This document shows positions 45,366 to 55,755 of a DNA stretch of 64,000 bases, piece by piece; the stretch's first letter is position 1, and the number at the start of each line of letters is the position of its first letter. The stretch is from Leptospiraceae bacterium (GTDB lineage: Bacteria; Spirochaetota; Leptospiria; Leptospirales; Leptonemataceae). The notes beneath the pieces were generated by a model, which saw only the letters and a program-made list of their open reading frames with translations, did no database searches and was not told where the DNA came from. Made by a program: the position numbers and the translations under genes. The DNA is taken from NCBI GenBank assembly GCA_026418015.1, contig JAOACE010000017.1, positions 7,514 through 71,513 of the forward strand. The letters are read 5' to 3'.

Positions 45366-47546
45366 ATGAATTATGCGATATTGGCTGTCTTAACAGGTGT
45401 TGCAGCTTTACTTTATAGTTTTTGGAGAGCGATCTGGATCTCCAAAAAGGATCCTGGAACAGAAAAAATGCAAAAGATAGGTTCTTATATTGCACAGGGA
45501 GCAATGGCATTTTTAATGGCAGAATATAAAGTTTTGGTTATTTTTGTAATTGCAGTAGCTGTTCTTTTAGGTTTTAGTGGTGCAAGCGCAACGGATTCCC
45601 ATCCCTTAGTTGCTTTATCTTTCGTCGTTGGAGCATTATGTTCTGCATTAGCTGGTTTTCTGGGAATGCGTGTTGCAACAAAAGCAAATTATAGAACAAC
45701 GAATGCAGCAAGAAAAGGTTTATCCGAAGCATTAGCAATAGCATTTTCTGGTGGTTCTGTAATGGGAATGGGGGTTGTTGGATTAGGTATATTAGGATTA
45801 GGTGGTTTATTTATTTTTTACGAGAATTATTTTGGATTTACTAGTGATAAAGCATCATTAGTATTAAACGTATTATCTGGCTTTTCTTTGGGTGCATCTT
45901 CGATTGCATTGTTTGCTCGTGTTGGTGGAGGAATTTATACAAAAGCTGCGGATGTTGGTGCAGATTTAGTAGGTAAAGTAGAAGCAGGTATTCCCGAAGA
46001 TCATCCATTGAACCCAGCAACCATTGCAGATAACGTAGGAGATAACGTAGGGGATGTTGCTGGAATGGGGGCAGATTTGTTCGAGTCTTACGTAGGTTCT
46101 ATTTTAGGTACTATGGTAATTGGAGCAGCTTTTGCGCCAACTTTACAACAAATTGATGGTATGAGCGGTTTATCTGCGGTAATTTTACCACTAGTACTTG
46201 CAGGTATTGGAATTATTGTTTCGATTTTAGGAACATTTGCTGTTCGAATTGGAGAGTCTGGTAATCCTCAGGCAGCTTTAAACATGGGAAATTTCGTTGC
46301 AGGCATTTTGATGATTGTTGCGTCTTTTTTTGCAATTACTGCATTCTTACCAGAAAAATGGGAAGCTGTAAGTATACTAACTGGAGAAAATAGAGTTTAT
46401 ACAGCAAATGGAGTATTCTTTGCTACGATTTTTGGTTTGGTAGCGGGAATATTAATTGGAATTATTACAGAATATTATACAGGTTCTGGTAAACCACCTG
46501 TTTATCAGATTGCAAAACAATCTACCACAGGAGCAGCAACGAACATTATTGCTGGATTAAGTGTAGGAATGCAATCGACAGCAATACCGATTATTTTAAT
46601 TTCCGCAGCGATTATGTTATCTTATTATTTTGCAGATTTGTATGGTATAGCAATTGCGGCATTAGGAATGTTAGCAAACACTGGTATACAATTAGCTGTG
46701 GATGCTTATGGTCCTATTTCTGACAACTCTGGTGGTATTGCAGAAATGTCCGAACAACCACCCGAAGTTCGACAAATTACAGATAAATTGGATGCAGTAG
46801 GAAATACAACCGCGGCTATCGGAAAAGGTTTTGCAATAGCATCTGCCGCTCTTACAGCATTAGCGTTATTTTCTGCATTTATGCAACAAGCAAAAATCAA
46901 TTCTATTAATGTTGCAGATCCTATTGTAATGGCTGGTTTGTTTATTGGTGGTATGGTTCCATTCTTATTTTCTGCATTAGCCATGGGTGCAGTTGGTCGT
47001 GCTGCAATGGATATGATCAACGAAGTGCGAAGACAATTCCACGAAATTCCTGAATTAAAAGCAGCATTAGAAGTAATGAAAAAGCATCACGGAGAAACCC
47101 ATAATGTAAAAGGAAATGATCTAAAAGTTTTAGAAGCCGCAGAAGGAAAAGCAGAATACGCGAAGTGTGTAGAAATTTCTACCAAAGCAGCTATTCGCGA
47201 AATGGTTATTCCAGGACTATTAGCAATTGTGATTCCAGTGTTAGTAGGTTTCGTATTTGGACCAAAAGCATTAGGTGGATTGTTAGCAGGTGTAACAGTT
47301 ACAGGTGTACTTATGGCAATCTTTCAATCTAATGCTGGTGGTGCTTGGGATAATGCGAAAAAAATGTTCGAAGGTGGTGTAGAAGTTAACGGAAAAATAT
47401 ATAAAAAAGGCTCTGATGCCCATAAAGCTGCGGTCGTTGGTGATACAGTCGGCGATCCATTAAAAGATACTTCTGGTCCTTCATTAAATATTTTAATTAA
47501 ATTGATGAGCGTTGTTTCTTTGGTCATAGCTCCCCTTATTAAATAA
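45366..47546 (+). CDS. hppA: Membrane-integral pyrophosphate-energised cation pump (K+-dependent type)
   Basis: [51 protein letters not shown], and C-terminal [23 protein letters not shown]. Ala in GNTTAA, rather than Lys (GNTTKA), is the established marker of K+-dependent enzymes. Confidence 0.95.
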   Translation: MNYAILAVLTGVAALLYSFWRAIWISKKDPGTEKMQKIGSYIAQGAMAFLMAEYKVLVIFVIAVAVLLGFSGASATDSHPLVALSFVVGALCSALAGFLGMRVATKANYRTTNAARKGLSEALAIAFSGGSVMGMGVVGLGILGLGGLFIFYENYFGFTSDKASLVLNVLSGFSLGASSIALFARVGGGIYTKAADVGADLVGKVEAGIPEDHPLNPATIADNVGDNVGDVAGMGADLFESYVGSILGTMVIGAAFAPTLQQIDGMSGLSAVILPLVLAGIGIIVSILGTFAVRIGESGNPQAALNMGNFVAGILMIVASFFAITAFLPEKWEAVSILTGENRVYTANGVFFATIFGLVAGILIGIITEYYTGSGKPPVYQIAKQSTTGAATNIIAGLSVGMQSTAIPIILISAAIMLSYYFADLYGIAIAALGMLANTGIQLAVDAYGPISDNSGGIAEMSEQPPEVRQITDKLDAVGNTTAAIGKGFAIASAALTALALFSAFMQQAKINSINVADPIVMAGLFIGGMVPFLFSALAMGAVGRAAMDMINEVRRQFHEIPELKAALEVMKKHHGETHNVKGNDLKVLEAAEGKAEYAKCVEISTKAAIREMVIPGLLAIVIPVLVGFVFGPKALGGLLAGVTVTGVLMAIFQSNAGGAWDNAKKMFEGGVEVNGKIYKKGSDAHKAAVVGDTVGDPLKDTSGPSLNILIKLMSVVSLVIAPLIK

Positions 47547-47558
47547 TTTTTCTTAAAA

Positions 47559-47598
47559 ATCAAGAAAGGAGATTTTTTTCCTTTCTTGATTAATTTTT
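47559..47598 (+). terminator. Strong rho-independent terminator of hppA
   Basis: ATCAAGAAAGGA (47559-47570) and TCCTTTCTTGAT (47579-47590) form a perfect 12-bp stem, followed by TAATTTTT. Confidence 0.85.
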
Positions 47599-47636
47599 CT
47601 TGTTTACATATTATTCTAAAATTTAACTTAAAATAT

Positions 47637-49424
47637 ATGACGATTCAGAATCTTAAAGAAAGGTTGTATTCTTTGTTAAGAATTACTACACCTTATCATA
47701 TATATATTTATTCTATTTTTGTTGGAATTTTAACTGGATTATCGGCTGTGATATTTTCTTACGTACTTGCTTATTTTCAACATTTCGTTTTTTTAAAAAT
47801 TATTGGGTTAGAAATTTTTCATCCAGCTGGTGAAAAATCTTTTGAATTTTCGCGTTCGATTTTTAATCCATTTTTTTTGTTTTTAGCTCCTGCCATAGGT
47901 GGATTACTATCAGCCATAACAACACATCTATTTTGTCCCGATGCAAAAGGCAATGGAACAGATGCAATCATCAAAGCATTCCATCATAAAGGTGGGTATA
48001 TACCATTAAACGTACCATTTTTTAAATCTATTGCGACTATATTTACCATAGGTACAGGAGGAAATGCTGGAAAGGAAGGACCTACAATGCAAATAGGAGC
48101 GGGTATTGGTTCTGGTATTGCAACATTATTAAAAGCCGGAGATCGCGCGCGGCGAAGTTTAATGATTGCTGGTGTTGCTGGTGGATTAGGTGCAATATTT
48201 CGCGCACCTTTTGGTGGTGCATTTACTGCGGTGGAGGTAGTTTACAAAGAAGATATAGAAAGCGATACCATTGTTCCAGCATTTTTATCTTCTATTACTG
48301 CTTATCTTGTTGCAATAAATTTTACCGGTAACAATTCTGTTTTTTATATTCCCGAAGCTCGAATAAATCATTATTACGAATTGTTTTTTTATGTTATTCT
48401 TGCTGGAATTTGTATTGGATTTGGATATTATTCTACAAAATTTTATAAATTTATACAGAGAATTTTCGAAAATTTAAACATTCATTTTGTGTATAAACCT
48501 GCAATTGGTGGTTTAATTGTAGGTATGTTTTTGTTGTTTTTCCCAGAATTGATTGGCGATAGTTTAGGTTTTTTACAAAAGTTGATTTTGCAAGAACAGC
48601 CAATCGAAGGATCACCGTTAAAACTTGTATTATTTTTGATTTTGATAGCAATCCTTAAAGTCGTATTAACATCTTTTACTGTTGCAACAGGTGGTTCTGG
48701 TGGTATTTTTACTCCTTCTTTGTTCATTGGCGGGATGTTAGGTGCAGCACTTGGTACATTGATTTCGTATTTGTTTCCCGAACTGAATATTTCGATTGTT
48801 TCTTTTATTCTTGTGGGCATGGCAGGATTTTTTGCTGGCGTTGCACATGCTCCCATTGCAGGAATGATCATGGTTTGCGATATGGTTGGAAATTATCAGT
48901 TACTTCCAGCTTTGATGTTAGTTTCCGTCATTACGTCTACGTTATCAAAATGGACGATTTACGAAGGACAAGTACAGAATCGCTTTCATTCTCCTGCACA
49001 CTATTGGGATATGAACCTAAACGTTTTAAAAAAGATTTGTGTTGGTGATATTCCAGATAAAATTCGAAAGATTGCAGTAGTAGAACCACATTTACTTTTA
49101 TCTGATCTAGAAGATAGAAGTGTTCATATTCAAGCGACCGATTTTATTGTAGTAAACTTCGATGGGACATACAAAGGTATTTGCTCTTTAAAAAGATTTC
49201 GTCATACAAAAGAAACGGAAGCATTAAAATATTTACTTACCGTAGGAGATGTTTGTGATACCGGAGTTCCACCTTTAAAACTAACAGATAGTCTCAGTAA
49301 AGCTTTGCAAATTATGAACGAAAAAGAAGTTGATAAAGTTGCAGTTGTAGACGAAGACAATCAACTTTTAGGGTATGTGCGATTTATTGACATAATTGAA
49401 ATCTATCATAATGTAGCTCGATGA
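47637..49424 (+). CDS. ClC-family voltage-gated chloride channel / H+-Cl- exchanger with a C-terminal CBS pair
   Basis: [26 protein letters not shown] and [14 protein letters not shown] selectivity-filter motifs. C-terminal CBS repeats. I trimmed the start to ATG 47637 because the track start (47586) lies inside the hppA terminator. Confidence 0.9.
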   Translation: MTIQNLKERLYSLLRITTPYHIYIYSIFVGILTGLSAVIFSYVLAYFQHFVFLKIIGLEIFHPAGEKSFEFSRSIFNPFFLFLAPAIGGLLSAITTHLFCPDAKGNGTDAIIKAFHHKGGYIPLNVPFFKSIATIFTIGTGGNAGKEGPTMQIGAGIGSGIATLLKAGDRARRSLMIAGVAGGLGAIFRAPFGGAFTAVEVVYKEDIESDTIVPAFLSSITAYLVAINFTGNNSVFYIPEARINHYYELFFYVILAGICIGFGYYSTKFYKFIQRIFENLNIHFVYKPAIGGLIVGMFLLFFPELIGDSLGFLQKLILQEQPIEGSPLKLVLFLILIAILKVVLTSFTVATGGSGGIFTPSLFIGGMLGAALGTLISYLFPELNISIVSFILVGMAGFFAGVAHAPIAGMIMVCDMVGNYQLLPALMLVSVITSTLSKWTIYEGQVQNRFHSPAHYWDMNLNVLKKICVGDIPDKIRKIAVVEPHLLLSDLEDRSVHIQATDFIVVNFDGTYKGICSLKRFRHTKETEALKYLLTVGDVCDTGVPPLKLTDSLSKALQIMNEKEVDKVAVVDEDNQLLGYVRFIDIIEIYHNVAR

Positions 49425-50206
49425 ATCCATTATGCTTAACCATTGCTGGCATTGATAATTGTGCAGCAGCTGGAATTTACAACGATCTAAAAACCTTTCA
49501 TCATTTAGGATGCTATGGAACCGCAGCAATAACTACTATTACTGTTCAGACCATTCAGAATGTAATAAAAATTGAACCTGTAAAAGATTCTCTTTTAGAA
49601 GAACAACTTTCCGCAATATTTTTTTCTTTTAAAGTCAATGCCATAAAAACAGGAATGATTTACAAAAAATCTCATTATAAAATCATCAAAAAATATTTAA
49701 TCAATATTGATATTCCTATTGTAATTGATCCTATCATAAAATCGACATCAGGGACGTCATTTTTAGAAACGTCTGCGATAAATCAACTTTTAGAATTGTT
49801 TTCCTTAGCTTCGCTTGTTACACCTAATATACCAGAGGCTTTGTTTTTGTTAAATCGGGATCAAGAGCCGAACAGTTTAAATGATCTAAAAAAATTAAGT
49901 TATGATTTTTTTAATGAATTTCGCGTACCAGTTTTATTAAAAGGAGGACATTTTTCTAACAATGATTATCTATTTGATGTCTTCTTTGATGGCGAAGAAT
50001 TTTTTATTTTAAAAACAAAAAAGATCGATAAAAAACACATAAGGGGAACAGGTTGTACTTTGAGTGCAGCAATCATAACTTTTTTGGCAAAAAAATATCC
50101 ATTAAAAACAGCAATCCATTACGCGAAAAAATATATTGTAAGTCAAATCAAAAAAGCTACACCATACAAACCATATTCCGATTATTATTTGATCTTACAC
50201 GAGTAG
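49421..50206 (+). CDS. thiD: Hydroxymethylpyrimidine/phosphomethylpyrimidine kinase
   Basis: LTIAGIDNCAAAGIYNDLKTF, AIKTGMI, VIDPI, LVTPNIPEA, LLKGGH, GTGCTLSAAI. ATGA overlap with the ClC stop. Confidence 0.85.
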   Translation: MNPLCLTIAGIDNCAAAGIYNDLKTFHHLGCYGTAAITTITVQTIQNVIKIEPVKDSLLEEQLSAIFFSFKVNAIKTGMIYKKSHYKIIKKYLINIDIPIVIDPIIKSTSGTSFLETSAINQLLELFSLASLVTPNIPEALFLLNRDQEPNSLNDLKKLSYDFFNEFRVPVLLKGGHFSNNDYLFDVFFDGEEFFILKTKKIDKKHIRGTGCTLSAAIITFLAKKYPLKTAIHYAKKYIVSQIKKATPYKPYSDYYLILHE

Positions 50207-50255
50207 GTTTTTATTATAATATTGACTTTTTGATTGAGTCTTTTAATTGGGTTTT

Positions 50256-50978
50256 ATGTTTCCAATAAAAGATACAATACCGCGAAGGCAATTTCCCTTT
50301 ATAACATATCTAATCATTTTTGTTAATACAGTTATTTTTATTATAGAGGTGATTCTTCCGCCAGAAATTCTAAAAGAAATTTTTTATCTTTTTGGTCTTG
50401 TTCCTGCGAGATATATTCATTTAGAGTGGGCATACATTATGGGATTACCCGTAGATGATTATTGGCCTTTTTTTACTAACTTGTTTTTGCACGGAAGTTT
50501 TTTGCATTTTTTTTCTAACATGTGGAGTTTATATTTATTTGGAGATAATGTAGAAGATGCATTAGGACACATACGCTTTTTGATTTTTTATATTCTTTGT
50601 GGTATTGCTGCAAATCTTACACATTTTGTGTTTAACATTAATTCTACTATACCAACAATTGGTGCATCTGGAGCAATTTCTGGTATTATGGCTGCCTATA
50701 TGATCATGTTTCCTTATTCGCGAATTATTACTTTTATTCCCCTATTGTTTATTCCATTCTTTTTCGAAATTCATGCATTTTTTTACATCGGAATTTGGTT
50801 TATTAGCCAATTGTTTTCTGGAACAACTTCTTTAATTGCACCAGAATTGGGTGGTGGAATTGCGTGGTGGGCACATATTGGTGGATTTATCATGGGAATC
50901 ATTTTACTGCCTTTTTTTAGAAAAAGAAAAAAAGATCAATATTTTGATGATGAGTACTTTTATTACATTTTTAGATAA
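50256..50978 (+). CDS. Rhomboid-family intramembrane serine protease
   Basis: LHGSFLHFFSNMWSLYLFG (the HxxxN region), the catalytic GASGAISGIMAAY, and the downstream AHIGGF histidine. ATG 50256 is preferred over the track's TTG 50247. Confidence 0.88.
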   Translation: MFPIKDTIPRRQFPFITYLIIFVNTVIFIIEVILPPEILKEIFYLFGLVPARYIHLEWAYIMGLPVDDYWPFFTNLFLHGSFLHFFSNMWSLYLFGDNVEDALGHIRFLIFYILCGIAANLTHFVFNINSTIPTIGASGAISGIMAAYMIMFPYSRIITFIPLLFIPFFFEIHAFFYIGIWFISQLFSGTTSLIAPELGGGIAWWAHIGGFIMGIILLPFFRKRKKDQYFDDEYFYYIFR

Positions 50979-50998
50979 TTTATACAAAAGGAGTGAAT

Positions 50999-51820
50999 AT
51001 GGATTTGATCAACATATTTTGGTTTATTTTGTTGTTTATGTCAATACAGCCGTTATTAAAACAGAGAATGTTAGAATCTACACGAGCTCGATTAATTTCT
51101 ATTTTAGAACGTAAAAGAAATTCGCGAGTAATACTTTTAGTTCATCGTCAAGAAAAGATGAGCTTTCTAGGAATACCTTTTTTTAAGTATATCGATATAG
51201 AAGATTCAGAAGAAGTGATTCGTGCAATTCAAATGACTCCAAAAGATATGCCTATTGATATTATTTTACATACACCAGGTGGATTAGTTCTTGCTTCTTA
51301 TCAAATTGCTCGTGCATTAAAAAATCATCAAGGAAAGGTGACTGCATTTGTTCCACACTTTGCCATGTCTGGTGGTACGTTAATAGCGCTTTCTGCGGAT
51401 GAAATTGTTATGGGAGAGCAAGCTGTACTCGGACCAGTTGATCCACAATTGGGACAATATCCAGCTGCTTCTTTGATTCAGCTAAAAAAGCTTAAACCAA
51501 TCGACAAAATAGAAGATAAAAATTTGATTATGATCGATATGGCAGAAAAAGCCATGCAACAGATCGAAAAGCAAGTCAAAGAAATTCTAAAAGATAATTA
51601 CGAACCAGAAAAAGTAGAACATATTGCAAAAATTTTAAGTCAAGGAACCTGGACACATGATTATCCAATAACATACGAAGAAGCAAGAGAAATTGGTTTA
51701 AATGTTTCTACCGATATGCCACAAGAAATCTATCATCTGATGAGTTTGTATCCACAACCTTTAAAACAAACACCATCTGTGGAGTATATTCCTATACCAA
51801 AACACAAGGATTCAAACTAA
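50999..51820 (+). CDS. SDH-family (serine dehydrogenase proteinase, ClpP-fold) membrane-anchored serine protease
   Basis: N-terminal TM segment, then ILHTPGGLVLASYQIARAL, FVPHFAMSGGTLIALSADEIVM and LGPVDPQLG, as in PF01972-type proteins. ATG 50999 follows an AAAGGAG Shine-Dalgarno. Confidence 0.7.
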   Translation: MDLINIFWFILLFMSIQPLLKQRMLESTRARLISILERKRNSRVILLVHRQEKMSFLGIPFFKYIDIEDSEEVIRAIQMTPKDMPIDIILHTPGGLVLASYQIARALKNHQGKVTAFVPHFAMSGGTLIALSADEIVMGEQAVLGPVDPQLGQYPAASLIQLKKLKPIDKIEDKNLIMIDMAEKAMQQIEKQVKEILKDNYEPEKVEHIAKILSQGTWTHDYPITYEEAREIGLNVSTDMPQEIYHLMSLYPQPLKQTPSVEYIPIPKHKDSN

Positions 51821-51869
51821 AATTATTGTTTACGAATTTATAGGCATGAATTTTTTAAACTTTTAGAAT

Positions 51870-51943
51870 GCGCCCATAGCTCAGTTGGATAGAGCGTTTG
51901 ACTACGAATCAAAAGGTCGGTGGTTCGAATCCATCTGGGCGCG
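51870..51943 (+). tRNA. tRNA-Arg (anticodon ACG), CCA not encoded
   Basis: Acceptor GCGCCCA/TGGGCGC, D stem GCTC/GAGC, anticodon stem TTTGA/TCAAA with loop CTACGAA, T stem GGTGG/CCATC with TTCGAAT loop, discriminator G. Confidence 0.92.
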
Positions 51944-51947
51944 TTTT

Positions 51948-52268
51948 TTACTCTTCTCCTGGTGGACGATATTCTTTATTCTGATCACAAAAATATCTTA
52001 AACTATCGAAGGTATAGATTCCTGCATCATGTCCATCTGACCATACAAGAGAAATTGCATAACGTCCAACCTTTTTAAAGCTTATTAGTTTAATTTCTTT
52101 AATATCAAGTGTGATTCGATTGGGTTCACCATGACCACCTCTACATTGAGCACAAGGACAATACCTTCGAAGGTTTAGAAGGTTATATTTACATTCTTTC
52201 CCATCTTTCCACTGAATATATAAATTTTCATTGTCGAAATCTATTTTAGAAGGTATTGTGTTCAACAT
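51948..52268 (-). CDS. DUF971 family protein (gamma-butyrobetaine hydroxylase-like N-terminal domain)
   Basis: LRRYCPCAQCRGGHG, YAISLVWSDGHDAGIYTFDSLR. The size (106 aa) is typical. Confidence 0.7.
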   Translation of the reverse strand: MLNTIPSKIDFDNENLYIQWKDGKECKYNLLNLRRYCPCAQCRGGHGEPNRITLDIKEIKLISFKKVGRYAISLVWSDGHDAGIYTFDSLRYFCDQNKEYRPPGEE

Positions 52269-52336
52269 AATACCAAAAATATTTTTACGAGTATTTAATC
52301 GATTGATTTTTTATAATGGATTAATTTAATAACAAT

Positions 52337-53698
52337 ATGGATTATGTGATTTTAGACACAAATATTTTATTGTTGGATCCCAATGCATATTTAAAGTTTC
52401 CTAACAAACATATCATCATCCCTTTAATCGTTATAGAAGAATTAGATTCTTTCAAACGAGAAATGACGAGCATTGGGAAAGCTGCAAGAGAAATTATCCG
52501 AGCTATTGATTTGCTAAGAACCAAAGGAAAATTAACCGAAGGTGTAAAGTTAGAAAATAGTTCTATCTTGCAGGTATTTATCTTAGAAAATTTAGAAGAA
52601 TTACCCGAAGGTTTAGATAGAGTAATCAAAGATAATTATTTGTTGTCTACGGGAATCAAATTAAAAAAAGTTTATAATAAAAAAGTAACAATTATAACCA
52701 AAGATGCAGATTTAAGGATTAAAGCAGATGTATTGGGTATACATGCAGAAGATTATAACACCAATCATTCCGATACAATAGAAAAACTCTATACTGGCGA
52801 AAGAATTATCCAAACAACAGAAGAATGGATTGATAAATTTTATCATAACGAAGAACTTATTTGGAATGTAGAAAAACCAAATTTCGCGTTAGATTATATT
52901 GAACCCATCGTTGTAAATGAGTATATCACACTAAAATCTGAGCGAAAAAGTGCATTGGCAAGAGCACATAAAAGTGGAAGATTGATCCATATAAAAGAAA
53001 AAAAGATTTTGAACATTATACCCAAAAATCGCGAACAACGTTTTACCATCGATGCATTGTTAGATCCCGAAATACAATTAGTTACGATAGCTGGAAGAGC
53101 AGGAACGGGTAAAACATTACTTGCATTAGCAGCTGGATTGTATCAAGTATTAGAAAATCAACTTTATAAAAAATTATTAGTAGCTCGACCTGTAATTCCA
53201 ATGGGAAGAGATATAGGTTTTTTACCGGGAGAGTTAGAAGAAAAAATTAAACCTTGGATGCAACCAATTTACGATAATTTGGAATTCCTGTTAGAAAACG
53301 ACGAAAACGAAGAAATCTATCAGAAAGAAAAAATAGACAAGAAAAGAGATATCCATACAACCTTAGATTATCTTAAACAGATGGGCATTCTGGATGTAGA
53401 ACCATTAACATATATTCGCGGAAGATCCATTCCAAGACAATTTATTATTATAGACGAAGCTCAGAATTTATCGCCACACGAAGCAAAAACAATCATAACC
53501 AGAGCAGGCATAGGAACAAAGATTGTTTTAACAGGTGACTATTATCAAATTGATCATCCTTATTTAAACTTGTATACAAATGGCATATCTTATACATTCA
53601 ATAAAATGATGGGGCAACCCATTTTCGCACATGTCACACTCGAAAAAGGAGAACGTTCAGAATTAGCAGAATTAGCATCCAAACTAATGGAGCTATAA
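52337..53698 (+). CDS. PhoH2-type protein (N-terminal PIN domain fused to a PhoH-like ATPase)
   Basis: PIN acidic residues (YVILDTNILL, PLIVIEELD, TKDADLRIKA). PhoH Walker A GRAGTGKT. Walker B IIIDEAQNL. Confidence 0.88.
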   Translation: MDYVILDTNILLLDPNAYLKFPNKHIIIPLIVIEELDSFKREMTSIGKAAREIIRAIDLLRTKGKLTEGVKLENSSILQVFILENLEELPEGLDRVIKDNYLLSTGIKLKKVYNKKVTIITKDADLRIKADVLGIHAEDYNTNHSDTIEKLYTGERIIQTTEEWIDKFYHNEELIWNVEKPNFALDYIEPIVVNEYITLKSERKSALARAHKSGRLIHIKEKKILNIIPKNREQRFTIDALLDPEIQLVTIAGRAGTGKTLLALAAGLYQVLENQLYKKLLVARPVIPMGRDIGFLPGELEEKIKPWMQPIYDNLEFLLENDENEEIYQKEKIDKKRDIHTTLDYLKQMGILDVEPLTYIRGRSIPRQFIIIDEAQNLSPHEAKTIITRAGIGTKIVLTGDYYQIDHPYLNLYTNGISYTFNKMMGQPIFAHVTLEKGERSELAELASKLMEL

Positions 53699-53699
53699 G

Positions 53700-54413
53700 A
53701 TGGATTTATTTGAATATGCATACAAAAATCAAAAAAAAGAAGAATCAATAAACCCAAACATCGAAAAACCATTGTGGAAAAATTCGCAATATGATTTTGT
53801 TTCTACTTTGGAAGAATTAAAACAAATTGCATTAGAATGTAGAAAATGTAAGCTATGTTTAACGCGAAAAAATGTTGTATTCGGAGAAGGAAATCCCAAT
53901 GCAGATTTAATGTTTATCGGAGAAGGTCCCGGTAAAACAGAAGACGAAACGGGAAGACCTTTTGTTGGATTAGCTGGTCAGCTTTTAACAAGAATCATCG
54001 AAAATGGATTAAAGATTTCGCGAGAAAATGTTTATATTGCTAACGTAGTTAAATGTAGACCAACAGTAGAGATGAAAGGCGAAAAAGACAGACCACCAGA
54101 CGAAGAAGAAGTAAATGCATGTAGTCCATATTTAATTCGTCAAATCGAATTGATTAAACCGAAAATTATCATTACCTTAGGAAATCCTTCTACAAGATTT
54201 CTATTGAATACTAAGTTGGGAATAACCAAGCTTCGAGGTAATGTATATTATTATAAAGATATAGCAGTTGTTCCTACTTATCATCCTAGCTTTGTTCTAA
54301 GAAATGGCGGAGAGAATTCTCCTTTAAAAAAAGATGTATGGGAAGATATGAAAATTGTCTTAAAATTAATGCAAGATCTTCGGATAAAATCTTATAAAAT
54401 AAATGACAAATAA
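53700..54413 (+). CDS. Family 4 uracil-DNA glycosylase (Fe-S type)
   Basis: CRKCKLC, VFGEGNPNADLMFIGEGPG, GRPFVG.AGQLL, VKCRP, HPSFVLRN. The start is 1 nt after the PhoH2 stop. Confidence 0.9.
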   Translation: MDLFEYAYKNQKKEESINPNIEKPLWKNSQYDFVSTLEELKQIALECRKCKLCLTRKNVVFGEGNPNADLMFIGEGPGKTEDETGRPFVGLAGQLLTRIIENGLKISRENVYIANVVKCRPTVEMKGEKDRPPDEEEVNACSPYLIRQIELIKPKIIITLGNPSTRFLLNTKLGITKLRGNVYYYKDIAVVPTYHPSFVLRNGGENSPLKKDVWEDMKIVLKLMQDLRIKSYKINDK

Positions 54414-54436
54414 GAATAAATTAAAAAATTGTTACT

Positions 54437-55357
54437 ATGTCTAATTTAGATTCTATTGCTTTTCATCAAGGAGAATATAAACCACTTAAAGATTGTACGA
54501 TTAACATAATGACGCATGCTTTACAATATGGAACAATGGTATTTGGTGGTATAAGAGGCTACTATAACAAAGAAAAAAATAATGTTTTTATCTTTCGTCC
54601 TTATGACCACTTTATGCGATTGCATAATAGTGCAAAGATCATGCAAATGAAACCTCCTTACTCTATCGAAGAAATGGTAGAAATCTTAAAAGAACTGGTA
54701 AGAAGAAATCAATACAAGAGTAATATCTATTTTAGACCGTTTATTTATAAGTCCGCATTAAGACTTTCTCCTAGTTTACATGATGTTCAAGATTCTTTTT
54801 CCGTATATACGTTACTACTCGATGATTACTTAGATACAAGCAGAGGTTTAAAAGTAGCTGTTTCGAGTTGGCGAAGGATTGATGATAATATTATTCCCAC
54901 AAGAGCGAAGGTTTCTGGTGGTTATGCCAACTCTGCATTAGCTAAATCAGAAGCTTTACAAAATGGTTTTGACGAAGCAATCTTTTTAGATTCGCGTGGT
55001 TTTGTAAGCGAAGGTAGTGCAGAAAATATTTTTATTGTGCGAAATGATGTGTTGATAACTCCACCAAATAGTGCAGCATTATTAGAAGGTATAACAAGAA
55101 GAAGTATCCTCGAAATTGCAAAAAACGAAAATATTCCTATTGAAATTCGCGATATTGCTCGATCTGAACTTTATGTAGCAGACGAGGTTTTTTTTACTGG
55201 TACAGGTGCTCAGGTTGCCTGGATTGCTGAAGTCGATAGAAGAGTGATTGGAAAAGGTACAATAGGACCAATCACAAAGCTTCTAAAAGACAAGTTCAAT
55301 CAAATTGTCTATGGAAATGATCCTAAATATTTTGATTGGTTAGAACCAGTGTATTGA
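54437..55357 (+). CDS. ilvE: Branched-chain amino acid aminotransferase
   Basis: Fold-type IV PLP enzyme blocks: LQYGTMVFGGIR, FRP, KVSGGYANSALAK, GSAENIFIV, LEGITR, EVFFTGTGAQV. Confidence 0.9.
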   Translation: MSNLDSIAFHQGEYKPLKDCTINIMTHALQYGTMVFGGIRGYYNKEKNNVFIFRPYDHFMRLHNSAKIMQMKPPYSIEEMVEILKELVRRNQYKSNIYFRPFIYKSALRLSPSLHDVQDSFSVYTLLLDDYLDTSRGLKVAVSSWRRIDDNIIPTRAKVSGGYANSALAKSEALQNGFDEAIFLDSRGFVSEGSAENIFIVRNDVLITPPNSAALLEGITRRSILEIAKNENIPIEIRDIARSELYVADEVFFTGTGAQVAWIAEVDRRVIGKGTIGPITKLLKDKFNQIVYGNDPKYFDWLEPVY

Positions 55358-55359
55358 TT

Positions 55360-55659
55360 ATGAAAAGTCTAATTTACCCATTGTTTGTTTTTTTATTGTT
55401 TTTTGTTGTGCCAAAACAAAATATTTATGCAGAAGATATTAAAAATTATTCTTTAACCATCGAAGGTATGACATGTTCTAGCTGTAAAAGGGCTATCGAA
55501 AAATCAGTCCAAAAGATGCCAGGAATAATCGAAATTAAAGTAAACCACCAAACGGGCAAAGGCATTGTGCGATTTGATGCAAAAAAAACCAACTTAGAAA
55601 AAATCAAAAAAACCATCGAAGGATTAGGTTATAAAGTCCTCAAATACGAAGAAATTTGA
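55360..55659 (+). CDS. Secreted heavy-metal-associated (HMA) domain protein, MerP/CopZ-like
   Basis: Signal peptide (LIYPLFVFLLFFVVP), then an HMA fold with GMTCSSCKRAIEK. ATG 55360 lies 2 nt after the ilvE stop. Confidence 0.8.
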   Translation: MKSLIYPLFVFLLFFVVPKQNIYAEDIKNYSLTIEGMTCSSCKRAIEKSVQKMPGIIEIKVNHQTGKGIVRFDAKKTNLEKIKKTIEGLGYKVLKYEEI

Positions 55660-55685
55660 TTTTTTACAAAATGTGTCCGTTGATT

Positions 55686-55701
55686 TGATATAATAATATC
55701 A
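55686..55701. promoter_or_regulatory. Inverted repeat TGATAT-AATA-ATATCA upstream of the methyltransferase gene
   Basis: The 6-bp arms at 55686-55691 and 55696-55701 contain a TATAAT hexamer. The repeat is 55 nt upstream of ATG 55756. Confidence 0.3.
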
Positions 55702-55755
55702 TAAAGACAGATCAATCCAAAGACGATATTTAATTTATCAGATAGGAACTTTTAT

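Noticed and set aside
47586-47636. The upstream extension of the ClC channel ORF, starting at TTG 47586.
   Set aside because: It begins inside the 12-bp-stem terminator of hppA. ATG 47637 gives a normal ClC N-terminus.
50053-51114. The track ORFs 50053-50268 and 50836-51114, which bridge gene junctions.
   Set aside because: They are out of frame with, and largely inside, thiD, the rhomboid gene and the SDH protease gene. They have no motifs and are better explained as chance ORFs.
17502-51943. tRNA-Val encodes its 3' CCA, whereas tRNA-Phe and tRNA-Arg do not.
   Set aside because: Mixed encoding of CCA is common in bacteria that possess a CCA-adding enzyme. It is noted in the features but is not unusual.
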